A stretch of 64,000 nucleotides of DNA from Octopus bimaculoides (Eukaryota), in assembly GCF_001194135.2 (NCBI RefSeq), contig NC_068991.1:41024334-41088333 (forward strand), read 5' to 3'. The translations under genes and the position numbers were made by a program. Shown in pieces: positions 35,003-47,406 of this stretch (position 1 is its first letter; each line of letters opens with the position of its first letter). A model generated the notes under the pieces. The model saw only the letters and a list, made by a program, of their open reading frames with translations. It had not been told where the DNA came from and searched no databases.

Positions 35003-37256
35003 CTGGAAACATCATTAAAAGCCACAAAGAGATAAATAACTTGTTAATAAACAGAGATTACAAAAATAATATAATTCTTTGGTAAATTGTAATTTTGTTA
35101 TCAAATTTCACTTGTTATGTAACATATTTGTATAATCTTGAAATTAAATTTTGTTTCTGTTATTTAAACTTTGTATCAACCCAACACTACCTAAAAACTC
35201 TGTGCCTCTACTAATTTAATATACTGTATTGCATAGTCACTTTAATATTATGTATATAAATATCTCAGTTTCTGTCTGGATGATTATTCAGGGAACATTT
35301 ACATGATGTTCATAAAAATGTATTTTAAAATGTATTCGTGAAGGTTAATATTACAACTCTCCTGATCACTCCCTTCCCACCCTTCTGTCTTTGGAAAAAT
35401 CGTGAATTTGGTGTGAACACAATCAGCCAACTTAGACCACAGCTGCTCATTTTCAAACTGGGAACCTCTGCTCAAGTGGTATGAATACTTGCTTAATTTT
35501 CCCCTCCTACTCTTCAAAGTTCTCTGTGTTTCTTTCGCCATGCAGACTTGCCTGTAATCAAGCTTATACTTCTAAAATATCCATTAGTTAAATGGGTGTC
35601 AATATATTTATTAATTGCACTAATAAAAAGTACAATAAAGATCTAACTTTTTTGTCAGTGATATTTTACATAACAACTAGGTATGATTTATCAATATATC
35701 AATAAATTAAATTGAATACAATTTCCTGCTTACTCACTCAGGTAGCAGTTCTGTATCTTTATCAGTTCTTGTTCAGCTGGTCTACTCCTCCTGTATCTTC
35801 ATCATTAACTTTTGTAAGATGTAGGACACTAATATTTATACACACATTACTTAACTTGTTTTGTTACTGTATTTCTAACTAAAATACTATCCTTTAGTTA
35901 AATTTTAAAATAATAGTGAACTTAGCCTGATTTTGTAAAACACTTATAAACTTTCTAAGGCAGCGTTTTGAGCACTACTTAGAAAATGTTAACACACATC
36001 TATGATAGAATTTTGCTTCAAATCTGCTTAAATTACTGATAATTACAGGTAAATGCAGTGAACTGTTAAATGATTTAAATATCATGATATAAAATGAATT
36101 ATTAATCCACTAATCACCACAAATGAATTACAATTCTAGTACAGAAAACTTGTGCACATTTTGAATTGGATCCAAATGAATATAGAACAAATAACATGAA
36201 ACATGAAATACTGAAATTTATCAAAACGTTTAAAAGTTATAAAATGAAATTAATTCACTCACTATAATCTGATTAAGCCCATTTGTCTGATTCAGACACT
36301 GATATGCCTCAAGCCAAAATACTATTAAGTCAAGCAGCAGTAAGTTTAAAACTTATTCCATTTCCACCTAACAGTCTTGTCTTCTGGTTCATTCAAGAGA
36401 AAATGCTGTTTTTGATGTCAATAATATCTACTAACGAACCAAACTGATGAAAGAAATTAACTCTGATGAGTGAGGATAGGCAACACAGCAATAATGAATA
36501 CCCATTTAAGTAAATCACAGACTCAGATCAAATATTAGTGATATCTAATGAAAGATAGTGAGATATAAGTGATTAACAGTTTGAAATAACATGGAAGTAG
36601 GTTGTTCCTTACTGTGTTTTGGGGTAAATAGTAACATACTCACTTTTACTCTTGTGTCAACAAGAAATAATCAGTTATCTTATCAGTCACATGAAAATTT
36701 TGAGTTAAATCAGGACAAAGTAGATTCATCACTTTTAATCTTTGTCTATGGTTACTTTCTTTGAAGAAGAATCTTTCTTGTGTGAACACACATAAGTGTT
36801 CTGACCAAACACTCAATGATGATAACATAGTAATATGCTTACTCACATTGCCATGTTATTTCACTACCCAACATTCCGCCTGAGATGGGTGCTAAAATTT
36901 CACACAACACTAGATTACAGCCATTAGATTACTGGAACAGTATCATACATAGTCAACCTATTTCACTAGCAGATATATCTATATTCATCAACAACATGAA
37001 CACATGTCCAGTACACCACCAACTGTCAAGGAATCACAACCACCCACATGTTCCAAAAGATCTAATTAGTCACAAGTTCATTTGTTGTGATACAATTGAG
37101 AAACCACTTCAAATACCTAATACAAAATGTTAACGCTTAAGTATTTTGTTACTGATAGACACAACAAAAAGAAAACAACATTGACCATCTGAAGCAAACA
37201 CATTTGAAGAGTGATCTGTCACCAAATTCATTATTATTGCTCTGAAAATTACTTAC

Positions 37257-37346
37257 TTATAAGGTCTTTGTTTATCCTCAGACATATTCCTCCAGGTGTG
37301 TCCCATCATTTTACTAATGTGAGAAGTGTGAACACCAGGGTTAGCA
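37257..37346 (-). CDS. MEIOSIN: MEIOSIN/BHMG1-like gene, coding exon 13 (HMG helices 2-3)
   Basis: tattatAG...GTAAGT, 90 nt, phase 2 to 2. (N)ANPGVHTSHISKMMGHTWRNMSEDKQRPY. Confidence 0.92.
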
Positions 37347-38012
37347 CTATAATATATTAAAATACAATATCACAATAAGTAAATTACAAAGCTGGCAGTA
37401 CAACAGCTTTAATAGTCACTGTGTGTGTGTGTGTGTGTGCGTGTGCGTGGTCAAGCTACTAGAAATAACAGCAAAATCTCTCTCAAATGACACAGTTCCT
37501 AGAAAAGGATACGCTGAATAATGTAGATAAAGTACTAGCTTTTTCTGGTCAGCAGCATTCGTTTTAGTTTTCAACTATTTCGGTTCAGATTGCACCAGCT
37601 GTGTTGGTTTGGAACAAGAAACTCTCAGGAGTCAACCATAATATTGAGGTCTTTTAGAGATGCTTTTAAGCTGTCCTCGAACGTTTGCTTTTGCTCTCCC
37701 TCCCCACCTCTAACAAGAACATGTGAATATGTTATTAGTAAGTATCAATCTGACAGCTCAAAATTCTGCAACAGATTAGTTATAATGAGCATGTAATTTC
37801 CAAATAAAAGATAAGTATATAAATAAAAGATAAGTAATACTATAATAATTCTTGGAATTTAGTATTAATTATCATTGTAGGTAAATTAGATAATCCCAAA
37901 GATTAAACAACAAAATATTAGGTTGTTTATTATTAATAAAACAGGAATTAATAATTGAAGATATACAACCCCAAAGGAATGTGTGACAGAACAAGGTCAG
38001 TGATTAGCTTAC

Positions 38013-38082
38013 TTAATAAATTTTCTCCTATTCATCTGACTGAACATCATAAAACCATTCATCCAGGAAACTCGCCGGTGAT
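38013..38082 (-). CDS. MEIOSIN: MEIOSIN/BHMG1-like gene, coding exon 12 (HMG helix 1)
   Basis: aaatAG...GTAAGC, 70 nt, phase 1 to 2. (D)HRRVSWMNGFMMFSQMNRRKFI. Confidence 0.92.
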
Positions 38083-38194
38083 CTATTTTAGGGAGGTATT
38101 CAATTTTATCTGTTTTCATTTTACTTTGAATAAAAATAAAAACAGCTTCAGTTAAACATTCTCATTGCAAACAGTTCACATTTCACAAAGTTAA

Positions 38195-39051
38195 CCATTT
38201 AACATTCAGATTACTCTGTAAAAGTATTTAAAAATTTATTCCATTATATTGCATATATAACATGTATTTGGTCCATATTTAATACAAAATCACATTAAAA
38301 TACAAATCAAAGACTGAAGAAAACACAAACATAAGAGAGGTGAAAAGAAAAGGAAAGAGGAAGAAAGCAAACATCAATTCAACACCAAGTGCCTCAATCG
38401 GTTGTACACCACAAGGTTCAACGGGACCTACTGAAGTAAGCCAATATGCTAATGGCACTACCATGGGCGATGGTGAGGCTAAGACATCGGAACAGCCAAG
38501 CACCCTCATGGGCATCACTTGATGCCACAGTAAGGCGAACTGCCAACGATGACAAGAACTTCGCTGTTAGTGGCCCGGCTCCTCCAAACATCTCAAACAC
38601 CACAGGCCGGAAGAAATGGTTCACTGACAAGATACTTAAGGATTTTGTACCATTCGGCTACAGAAGTAGTGACCCTCCCATTTACTGCAGCATCCAGGTT
38701 GTGGGAGAGTGCAAAAGAGTCACAAACTACAATGTCTTAGATAAGGCACCTACCTCTTACCCAGCAACAAAAGGTAAGACCATCTGTTTTCTTCCCATCA
38801 CTTCAGAATCAAGGGAATATTAACCTGAGTCAGGGCCCACTTAATGATTAAGTTTAGCTCAGTGACAAGCAAAACGACCAGCATTTAGGTGGCAAGGCAA
38901 ACCATGAAGGCCAGTGGAGTAAAATGTAATGCTTATTTACATTGTATTGTATTGTATTAATCTTGCAGCTTCAAGATTTAGACGATGTGATTGTTTATTT
39001 TTAAAATGACATAATAGTGAGGCTAGATCTGGCCAGTTTAATGTTAAAGGA
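38195..39051 (+). mobile_element. TTAA MITE (12155 family) split by a 695-bp retroelement insertion
   Basis: TTAA|CCATTTAACATTCAGATTACTCTGTAAAA, insert, then GTAAAATGTAATGCTTATTT...CTAGATCTGGCCAGTTTAATGTTAAAGGA|TTAA. GTAAAA is duplicated at 38218-38223 and 38919-38924. Confidence 0.8.
38224..38918 (-). mobile_element. 5'-truncated CRE-like non-LTR retrotransposon (restriction-like endonuclease C-terminus)
   Basis: TDGLTFCCWVRGRCLI*DIVVCDSFALSH...SVAEWYKILKY, then after a frameshift HFFRPVVFEMFGGAGPLTAKFLSSLAVRL...AWLFRCLSLTIAHGSAISIL. This fits the RPDG...WD...AE..K..KY...P...E..G...QRLS..I.RGNA pattern recalled for CRE-clade REL domains. Confidence 0.75.
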
Positions 39052-39146
39052 TTAAAGTAATATAAAAAGTATAGTGATAGCTAAAATAGTCAATTTTAAC
39101 TTTATATGAAGTCAGTAATGCAATAATTATTATGCATACATTGTAC

Positions 39147-39190
39147 CTTGTAGGTTTGAGAAAAGTGCATCAATCTTCATTTCAATATAC
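39147..39190 (-). CDS. MEIOSIN: MEIOSIN/BHMG1-like gene, coding exon 11
   Basis: gcatatttAG...GTACAA, 44 nt, phase 2 to 1, which is the phase needed between exons 10 and 12. (R)YIEMKIDALFSNLQ. Confidence 0.7.
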
Positions 39191-40145
39191 CTAAATATGC
39201 AATGTCCCAGCTTGCTAGTCTCTGACAATGTCATGCAAATGTTTGGACTTTCAAACCACTGTCAATACAAGATGGATGCCAAATTGACAAAAATGGTTTT
39301 CTAATAAAAACAATAATGTCCAGGGATTTATATAACTTAATGTTACAAATTTTAAAAAGAAATAAATTATTTCATTTAGATAAATGTTTATAGCCTAGAT
39401 GCCGTCTCTCTTTGTTTCCTGAAACCCATCCAGGTGCAGGAAGGATTCCTCACATTTTAGCACTATTATTATTTTCTATAAAATTTTTAAATATTAGAAA
39501 AATGGAAATATAAGCTGTTGGAAGAGCAACTGAGTATGGTCAGGTACAGTATTATATAAAGGTGGAGAATTGATGCAGTCATTAAAGCATCAGATAGAAT
39601 ATTTTACATTATTTGGTCTTAGTGCAGCAATTTCAAATCTTACTAAGGTCAACTTTGCCTTTCATCCTATTAGGGTAAAAAAATTTTTTTTTTTTTTAAT
39701 TTAAAAAAATTATAATCAAAAGTAGTGGATTGGTGAAACCATAAAAATGTCAAATCAGATGCCTTTCAGTATTTATTCTGGCACTGTGTTCTCAAATAAA
39801 ATCCTGCCATGGCCTACTTGGGTGGTAGAGTTTAACTACTTGCCTGTAATACAGCAAGGGCACTACCTTCCCTCCTGGTTAAAAATGACAAAAAGAAAAA
39901 CAAACCCACTAAGTTTATAATCATGATTGCATATATGCACATAGCTACTGTTATTATTGAGTAGCTAATTATAACAAGAACAGACATAGAGGGACAACAG
40001 AGGGATTACAGGAAATGCTACTAAGCCAACCATAGGTTCTCTAAATAGGTATAGTTCTAGTTCTCATGATAAACAACAATCTGAATATAATGATGTAAAA
40101 TATAATTCTTTAAAAAAAAAAGCTAAAAATGAAATAAGATCAAAC

Positions 40146-40257
40146 CTTTCACAACTGTCAAATGGTTCCTTATCACTAGATGCCCGATCCATCTTCTGAC
40201 GTCGTATATTGGCCACTTCATGAAACTTCCATTCATAGGATTCAAACTGATCGTCAT
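40146..40257 (-). CDS. MEIOSIN: MEIOSIN/BHMG1-like gene, coding exon 10
   Basis: ttatcacAG...GTTTGA, 112 nt, phase 1 to 2. (D)DDQFESYEWKFHEVANIRRQKMDRASSDKEPFDSCE. Confidence 0.75.
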
Positions 40258-41689
40258 CTGTGATAATTTATAACAAAACCTAAGCCCAACAATGACATCT
40301 TCATGTGAAAACAACCATGGGTAATATCAAGAAGTTATTGTGTGTAATATCAGGAAATATGGCAAACATACAATAATAAGAATTTAACTTTTTATCAAAT
40401 TGTCTGGTGCATGTACAAAATGATGAAATGAATACTAATTTTCTAAAGAAAATTATTTATTACCTTAAGGTAAAATTAAATAAAACAAATTTCTCATTTG
40501 TATATTTGCAATAAGTATTTTTCTAAATTTTATCAACACAACTGCATTCTACTCCACTGGAAACCTATCTTTGCAAAATCTGAACTCCTCCTATAACTAC
40601 TTGTCATTTTTACTCCCACCCTCCTCCTCTTCTATCACTATTATTCTTTATATCTTTCACTGTATGTAAATGTGTGGGTATGTGTATAGCAATCCTTTAC
40701 TCATTGCAAGTCACTAAGCCTAGTATGTGCACTCATCCTAAACCTCTTATGTCAACTTTCTCTGTATTTCTCTTTTATGCTCTCTATACAATGTAAAGTG
40801 TAACGTTTTTGGTACTCAGGGTGACTCAAACTTGTTTTAGACAAGCAGCTCCTAGGAACTGCTTGAGGTCTTTTAGAGATGCTTTTAGGCTGTCCTCGAA
40901 CATTTTAATTTGTTCCTCACCTCCACTGGCATACTTTCCATGAAGTATTCACCATAGAGGAATTACTTTGGGATGCAATATTCTGACAGGCCCAGGCCAT
41001 CTCACATGGGCCTTATGCAAGTGGTTTACAAGTATAGGTTGTGTGTATATGTGTACATATAAATTTATATACCATCAGCTTCCTCATAATTTCATGTAAA
41101 CTTCCCATGCTAGCATCAGCTGGACAAGTGTTGAATCAAAACAAGGTCCTGTCATCTTCAACTGCAGAAATCCTCATTATATAACATGAAAAGTCATTAC
41201 TGATGATGTTTTTCATAGATTAGAGAAGGAATGGTAACACTTATAACATTTGCAGAAATGGCAAAACTGGAGAGAAATGTATAGGAAAAAACCACAATTT
41301 ATGGTTTGCTGCAACATATTAAGATATTCCTCAGACACCCAATGATCAGGTGATGTTATCATATTGCAAAATTATTCAGGTTTAGGCATTTACAGTGTCA
41401 TAGGAACCCTATTCAATCAAAGATTAAAATAGGCCCATCAAGTGCTCATGCACTCACTCAATCATTCATCACACTAATTCCACTCTAGTATGCTTATATA
41501 CCCACCCACCTTTTCTGCTCCTCTATCCCATTTCTGTCTCTCATATTCACCTTGACTTCACATCTCTCTCTCTCTCTTTCTAGATAAGGAATCCATGTAT
41601 TAACCACTTAGCAAGACACTTGTTCATGTCCTTTTATCATACTTTCATATCCCTCAGTACCATACCCAACTCAGTCGAGAATACTTCGT

Positions 41690-41880
41690 AACCTCACCAG
41701 TGCTGGTGCCACAATGAAAGCAGCCAGTACACTTTGTGAAGTGGTTGGCATTCAGAAGAGCATACAGTTTGCCACAGCAGACATTGGAGCTCAGTGCAAC
41801 TTTCAGACTTGTCAGTTCATGGTGAACAGTCTAAACCAAGCTAGCATGGAAAAAGGGATCTAAAATGATGATGATGATGA
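41690..41880 (+). mobile_element. RTE 3' end
   Basis: GTGGTTGGCATTCAGAAGAGCAT...GCTAGCATGGAAAAAGGGATCTAAAATGATGATGATGATG. Confidence 0.7.
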
Positions 41881-42010
41881 GCTGTGAGAAGGTAGATATA
41901 TGGGCCATCCAGTTTTAAAAGACACTAAGACAAAGTCATTATTTAACAAGGGAGCCTCCATGCTGTTCAACCTGCTAAATATTGCTAAAAGAAGAACCAG
42001 AGAGAATTAA

Positions 42011-43284
42011 CCCTTTTGCTACTAACCCGGCTGAAGCCAGCTGAAAAATTTTTTGGCTCATAAGACCAACCCGGCCGCAAGTACCCATTGTTATTTAAAT
42101 GTGAATTTAAGTACAAATCTTGTAAGTACATTTGTGAAAATATGTGATTTCACTTTGTAAATAGTTGAGTTATAGTATCGGACATTGCTTGACATGATAT
42201 CTGAACTCAGTGAATTTTGGGAGATTTTTTTTCCACATTTTTTCAGCGTCGATTTTTTTTCAACTTTGAAAATGGATAGGAGTTTCATGCTATCAAGCAG
42301 TGATTCCGAATTTAAAGGTTTTTCAATGGAAAATATGGAGATATCGAGAAAAAGAATGAATGAGGTATAAAAGCACGTGGTGTACGAGAATGAATAGGAT
42401 ATTTCTGTATCCGAAACCAAAAGCAGCAATTCTGAAGAAACTGAAAGCGGTGATAGTGACAGCAAAGACTATTTTACATCGGAATGAAGTAAAAACTTTA
42501 AAAATGTTTTTATTAGCAATTTTTCTGAGGAGATATGTTCTATCCAGTCTTTCTTAGGAAGCGAAACCGTTAGACTTTTATTTTTTTCAGTATGCTTGTT
42601 TGAAACGATCACTGCAGAAACAAACTGTTATGCAGAATGTAAACAAACAGTATATGCCAGGAAAGCCCATGAAATGGGGGATCAAAGTTTGGAAAATTTG
42701 TGAAGCAAATACTGGATACTGCTGTGGATTTAGTTTTTATACAGGGAAAATAATGTTAGTCAGCATGGCCTAGGGTATGATGTGGTCTGGAATTTATCAC
42801 TTCCATACCATAACCAGGGCCGTATATTATTTTTTAACCGATTTTTTAGTTTGGTCAAACTTGCGGTGGATTTAAGTGGATTCCAGTATTTCAGTTTATT
42901 TCACATTTACGGTACACCTGTTGTGCATTAAATTCAACTGATAATCTAATGATGTGCACAATTCTTCTATATCAAAATTTTGTTGCACACCCAATTGAAT
43001 ATTAGCTGATGATTTATTTTCTATGGTGATGTTTAAACAAAATTTTAATATTTTTACCTTTTGCTCAGTTTACCTGGATTTACTTGTAATTAGTCACTTT
43101 GAGACAAAAGTTAGGCAATAGAATTGATTAAGAACCCTTTCTTTAATTATGTTCCAAATATCACATTAATATGTTGATAAGTAAAAAAGTTACAGTAGTT
43201 TAATGAAACTAGTCTTAATTCATGATTATTTTAGAATTTAATTGAAACTCATGAGGGGTGGTCAGAAATATAGTAACGAAAGGG
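42011..43284 (+). mobile_element. Internally deleted piggyBac transposon fossil
   Basis: TTAA|CCCTTTTGCTACTA ... TAGTAACGAAAGGG|TTAA (12/14 TIR). Remnants LFETITAETNCYAE and YMPGKPMKWGIKVWKICEANTGYCCGFSFYTGK match the piggyBac YMP.KP.K.GIK motif. Confidence 0.88.
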
Positions 43285-43743
43285 TTAAGAAACACTATTG
43301 CTAGGATTATGGGATACAACTATTATGATGATGATAATTTCTTAAATACTAGTAAGGAAGAAGTACAGTTAATACATTAACCCCATTTTTCTCTTACTTG
43401 TTTTATCAATCCAATAGGTATGAAATATGAAGCAGATTCTAGAATATAAAGTACCACAAAACAATTGGTTTAGTCTGAACTATCGCTTTGGTTATGGCAC
43501 ACATCAGAAACCAATATTTAAAGAAAGATAATTTCTAACTCTGACACTAAGCCACACATTTTGAGGGAGAGTAGTAGTTAATTTAATCGACCTGTACTTG
43601 ACTAGTATTTACTTTATTACTTCAGGGTCAATAAAAATTTGGAGAGAAACAGTCAACTGAACCAGTCTTGGTATACGAGGAACTCCATGAGAATGAAAGG
43701 CAAAATAATAATAAAGATGATAAATCTTTGAATAAAATCTAAC

Positions 43744-44035
43744 CTTTTTTAACAATGGCACTCCTTAACTGCCTTTGTAAACTATATTTCAATGGTTGCC
43801 CACAATCATCTGGTGAATATCTATCAGGGTAATCACAGTTTGCTTGATTTATTAATACTGTCTCTTTGAATGAACTGAGATCACTAGGGTTTGAAAGCAT
43901 GGTTGGTTGATTGGTAACTTTCATAAAACTGACAGGAGACACAGTGTTAGGAGAGACAAATTTGAGCACCTCTGCAGGTTCTTCAGATGCTTCAAACTTT
44001 TGCTCTTCTTGAACTCCTTTAAAATTTTCCAAGAT
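43744..44035 (-). CDS. MEIOSIN: MEIOSIN/BHMG1-like gene, coding exon 9
   Basis: ttttctaaatgcAG...GTTAGA, 292 nt, phase 0 to 1. ILENFKGVQEEQKFEASEEPAEV...LRSAIVKK (97 codons). Confidence 0.8.
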
Positions 44036-44544
44036 CTGCATTTAGAAAATACATAAAAATCATTCAGAAATGTGAACATCACTTAATTTTAAGATTATAG
44101 AAGCTGAAACCCTCATCTGTGCAGAAAAAGAAATTTATATACAAGGTGCAGAATGACTTATTTATTTTTATCAGAATACAAATCTTAATATCACCTTGTA
44201 TCTATTCATTTTTACCAACACTATTCCCAGTGGAAATGGTTTTTATTTAAATTTGTGATAAACTACTGTTCATACAACTGATCCAAATGCCAATGTTCCT
44301 TCTTCACTCACTTGACAGTGCACATATTAATATAGGGCTTCGCAGTAAAAATTTCCTAAATTACTGGTAAATCTCATCAATTAACAGCATTTATTATTGT
44401 TATTGGTTTTAGTTACTTGTGAAGGATGAAGCCCATGCCAATACTGATTGGACAAATTTAATATTTTAGCACAGATGTAATTACAAAATAATTTTTATAA
44501 AGTAGCAAATGAAGTCATCAACAAATATAACGATATGTCATGTA

Positions 44545-44727
44545 AATGGCATGTAAAAAGCACCCATTACACTTTTGGAGTGGTTAGCGTTAGGAAGGGC
44601 ATCTAGCAGTAGAAACCATGCTAAATCAGACTGGAACGTGGTGCAGCTCTCTGGCTTACCAGTTCCAGTCAAACTGACTAATCCATGCCAGTATGGAAAG
44701 TGGATGTTAAATGATGATGATGATGGA
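44545..44727 (+). mobile_element. RTE 3' end
   Basis: GTGGTTAGCGTTAGGAAGGGCATCTAGC...ATGGAAAGTGGATGTTAAATGATGATGATGATG. Confidence 0.75.
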
Positions 44728-44812
44728 AGTTTGCAAAAAAATATTTTAATAAACAAAAGGTAAAAAAAGCAAGCTAAGAAAATCATTCAAATCATTGAAG
44801 ACAAGCAATTAC

Positions 44813-44926
44813 CTGAGGCAACATTGGGTCACCAGTAAGAAGAGCTGGGTGCTTCAGTTTATATTCAGATATCAAACATGGAGTTTGAGTAACTGTAATA
44901 ACCTCGCCAGGAGCAGATTCAGCAAA
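44813..44926 (-). CDS. MEIOSIN: MEIOSIN/BHMG1-like gene, coding exon 8
   Basis: aatttttAG...GTAATT, 114 nt, phase 0 to 0. FAESAPGEVITVTQTPCLISEYKLKHPALLTGDPMLPQ. Confidence 0.75.
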
Positions 44927-45487
44927 CTAAAAATTTTATAGGAAACTGAATAAATAGCATATCAAACTAGTCTTTTTAAAGTGTATTTTAGAAATGTTTT
45001 CCTGTTGTTGATAAAAACAGGTAATTTATATGAAGTTTGCATTAGAAATGTAATGCTGTTGGCAACAGCCACAGACAACCTGACTTTAATTCACTATAAC
45101 ATGAATCTTAAATGAAGACTCCATCCTCTGATGCTCATAACAAGTCCTACAATGTCCTGTCCAGGACCGCCAGAGCTTACTGCCCAATGTTCAAGCCTGT
45201 TCACAATGTCAACGAGGGATACATTATAAAGTTCATCTGTTTACTCTATTTCCATACTGTACTGCTTGATGCTTGAAATTTTCAGCAATGTTATCATGAT
45301 ACTTAAACAAAAACTGAAATAGACAGGGTGGTTCAGAAGTTGTCATATAACAATCTTTTTATACCTTTCATAATCGTGAGTTGTTTATGCATGAACATAG
45401 TGTAATTTTATATACTTGTACTGTTAGTAATATTACGACTATTATAACATTTCCAAGTAATATTAAGACAATTATAACATATCTTAC

Positions 45488-45543
45488 CGTAGGATCATGA
45501 AGTACAACTTTTTGTTCTAAATTTAATTCTGGATTTGTAACTT
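45488..45543 (-). CDS. MEIOSIN: MEIOSIN/BHMG1-like gene, coding exon 7
   Basis: ttttcctctttctatAG...GTAAGA, 56 nt, phase 1 to 0. (E)VTNPELNLEQKVVLHDPT. Confidence 0.8.
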
Positions 45544-45823
45544 CTATAGAAAGAGGAAAATATATTGAGAGACTATTACATAGTTACAGACATATTTTTA
45601 TTTATTATTACGCCCCTCTATACAAAATATTAGAATTATATTAAAGTTAATCATAGCATACTCAAACTATTGTGTAGCAATAGTAGCTGAACAGAAAGTG
45701 TTAGTATCCTGGCTGAAGAATGGTGAATTTGTATTCTATCATTAATGTAATGCTGTGAGCAATATTCTGAATCGCATCAACATAAATAGTAAAAGAGAAG
45801 GTAAGAAAAGAGAGTACGGATTA

Positions 45824-47164
45824 TCTATATATATAAAAGAGAGTGAGTGTGTGTGTGCACGCATGTTCCTTATGAATTTTGAAACTGAGTTGCTGATTTT
45901 GACACATGGGGTATCAAAAGATTCAGTAATCTTTCAGCTACCAAATATATTTTATTTTCATTTACACATTTTCTACATTACCTCAACAACCAGCTTTAGT
46001 TATTTGAAAGACACTGCTCTACAATGACCAGGTTTTATTAGAAAGAGAAAACAGTTTCTCACTTTCAATTTGAACTCTGTGAATAATGAAAATAATGTTT
46101 CTCTGAAATAGTCACATCTGCACTATAATAAAGAAAGCTACTTATCATCTATCTATATATATTGGTCATCCCATAAGTAATGGCTGTTTTTTCAATTGCA
46201 TGAACTAAAAGTCAGAGGGGGACAGGATAAACTACCTGCATCAAGTTGCTATAAAAGCAGGTAGTAATTTTACCTTGTCCTTTTTCTTAATTCAAGTTTT
46301 GAAGAGTGCAGTTCGATTTTAACAGTTATTTTTTCAAAGCTATAATGGAAGTGACAAAGGAGCATATTCGGCATATTTTGCTTTATGAGTTCAATAAAGG
46401 CAACAATGCAACAGAGAGTGTGAGGAATATTAATGCAATATATGGGGATCAGACAATAAGAATAAGCCAGTCTCAACTGTGGTTCCAGAAATTCCAAGTA
46501 GGAAACTACAGCCTAGAAGACAAGCCTCATCCTGGAAGATTTGTAGAGCTTGACAAGGACGTCCTGCAAACTCTGTAACAAAATCCTGTCGTAACTGTTG
46601 AGGAACTAGCAAAGAAGCTTGGATTCGGTCATTCAAGTCAGCACTAGAAGAAAAACGACCATCTTTGGTTTCAAAACAAAAGGTGTTCTTCCATCAGCAT
46701 AATGCTCGGCCACATACAGTGAGGATGACATTCCAAAGGCTGGAGTAGTTCTAATGGGAAACGATGCCCCATCTGATTATCATTTATTCTGCAGTCTTCA
46801 AAATCATTTGGACGGAAAAAATATGAATCCTATAGGCAAGGTCAGAACAGCAGTGGAGGAGTATTTTTTGTCATGAACAAGTGAATTTTGTAAGAAGGAG
46901 CCTTGCAAGTCTACCAGATAAATGGAAGAGTATTGTAGAAAATGAAAGAGAGTATATTTTAGATTCAAAAAGAACTTTATCTTAATTTTGAAAAAGTAAA
47001 AGTATAAAAAAACTGCATTATTTATGGGATGACCCAATACAAAGGCTACCAAATAAGCTATGTTTTTGGCACAACAACTATTTTTTCTTACTAAAATCAC
47101 CTCAGAAAAGAGGTCAGGTCACACAATTTTGAGGTCATTTTTGGGCAATATCCTCACTTGCTAG
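45824..47164 (+). mobile_element. Complete non-autonomous Helitron-like element carrying a mariner derivative
   Basis: A|TCTATATATATAAAAGAG start and GGGCAATATCCTCACTTG-CTAG|T end. The flanks of the mariner match the empty copy at 14912-15424. Confidence 0.75.
46162..47037 (+). mobile_element. Internally deleted mariner with both TIRs and TA duplication
   Basis: TA|TTGGTCATCCCATAAGTAATG ... CATTATTTATGGGATGACCCAA|TA. HTH remnant MEVTKEHIRHILLYEFNKGNNATES..., joined at GGTCATTCAAG|TCAGC to the C-terminal FFHQHNA...DEYFL region. Confidence 0.9.
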
Positions 47165-47267
47165 TCACCTCTGTCCCATCTCTCCTGACACTCTTATGAA
47201 ACTTCCCCTTATCCCCCTGCCCAACACCCTGTCCAATTCTCTGTATCACTTCACTTATATTCACACA

Positions 47268-47406
47268 CTTCAGGAAGGGCATCTAGCCATAGAAACCATG
47301 CCAAAGCAGATAATACAGTTTGACACAGTCTACTGACTTGCAGCTCCTATCAAAATATCTAACCCATGCCAACATGGAAAATGGACATTAAATGATGATG
47401 ATGATG
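47268..47406 (+). mobile_element. RTE 3' end
   Basis: CAGGAAGGGCATCTAGCCATAGAAACC...CATGGAAAATGGACATTAAATGATGATGATGATG. Confidence 0.7.

Noticed and set aside
36640-36846. Minus-strand ORF ending near a GTGAGT donor in the last intron
   Set aside because: No good acceptor, stops in the other frames, and the HMG box is complete without it.
38446-38823. 125-aa plus-strand ORF and overlapping ORFs
   Set aside because: Antisense shadow of the CRE-like endonuclease remnant on the minus strand.
42091-42465. 124-aa minus-strand ORF (MLSLSPLSVSS...)
   Set aside because: Antisense to the acidic N-terminal region of the piggyBac fossil.
44304-44351. Possible extra exon (EIFTAKPYINMCTV) between exons 8 and 9
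   Set aside because: Phase 0 to 2 would break the frame, and exons 8 and 9 already join in phase.
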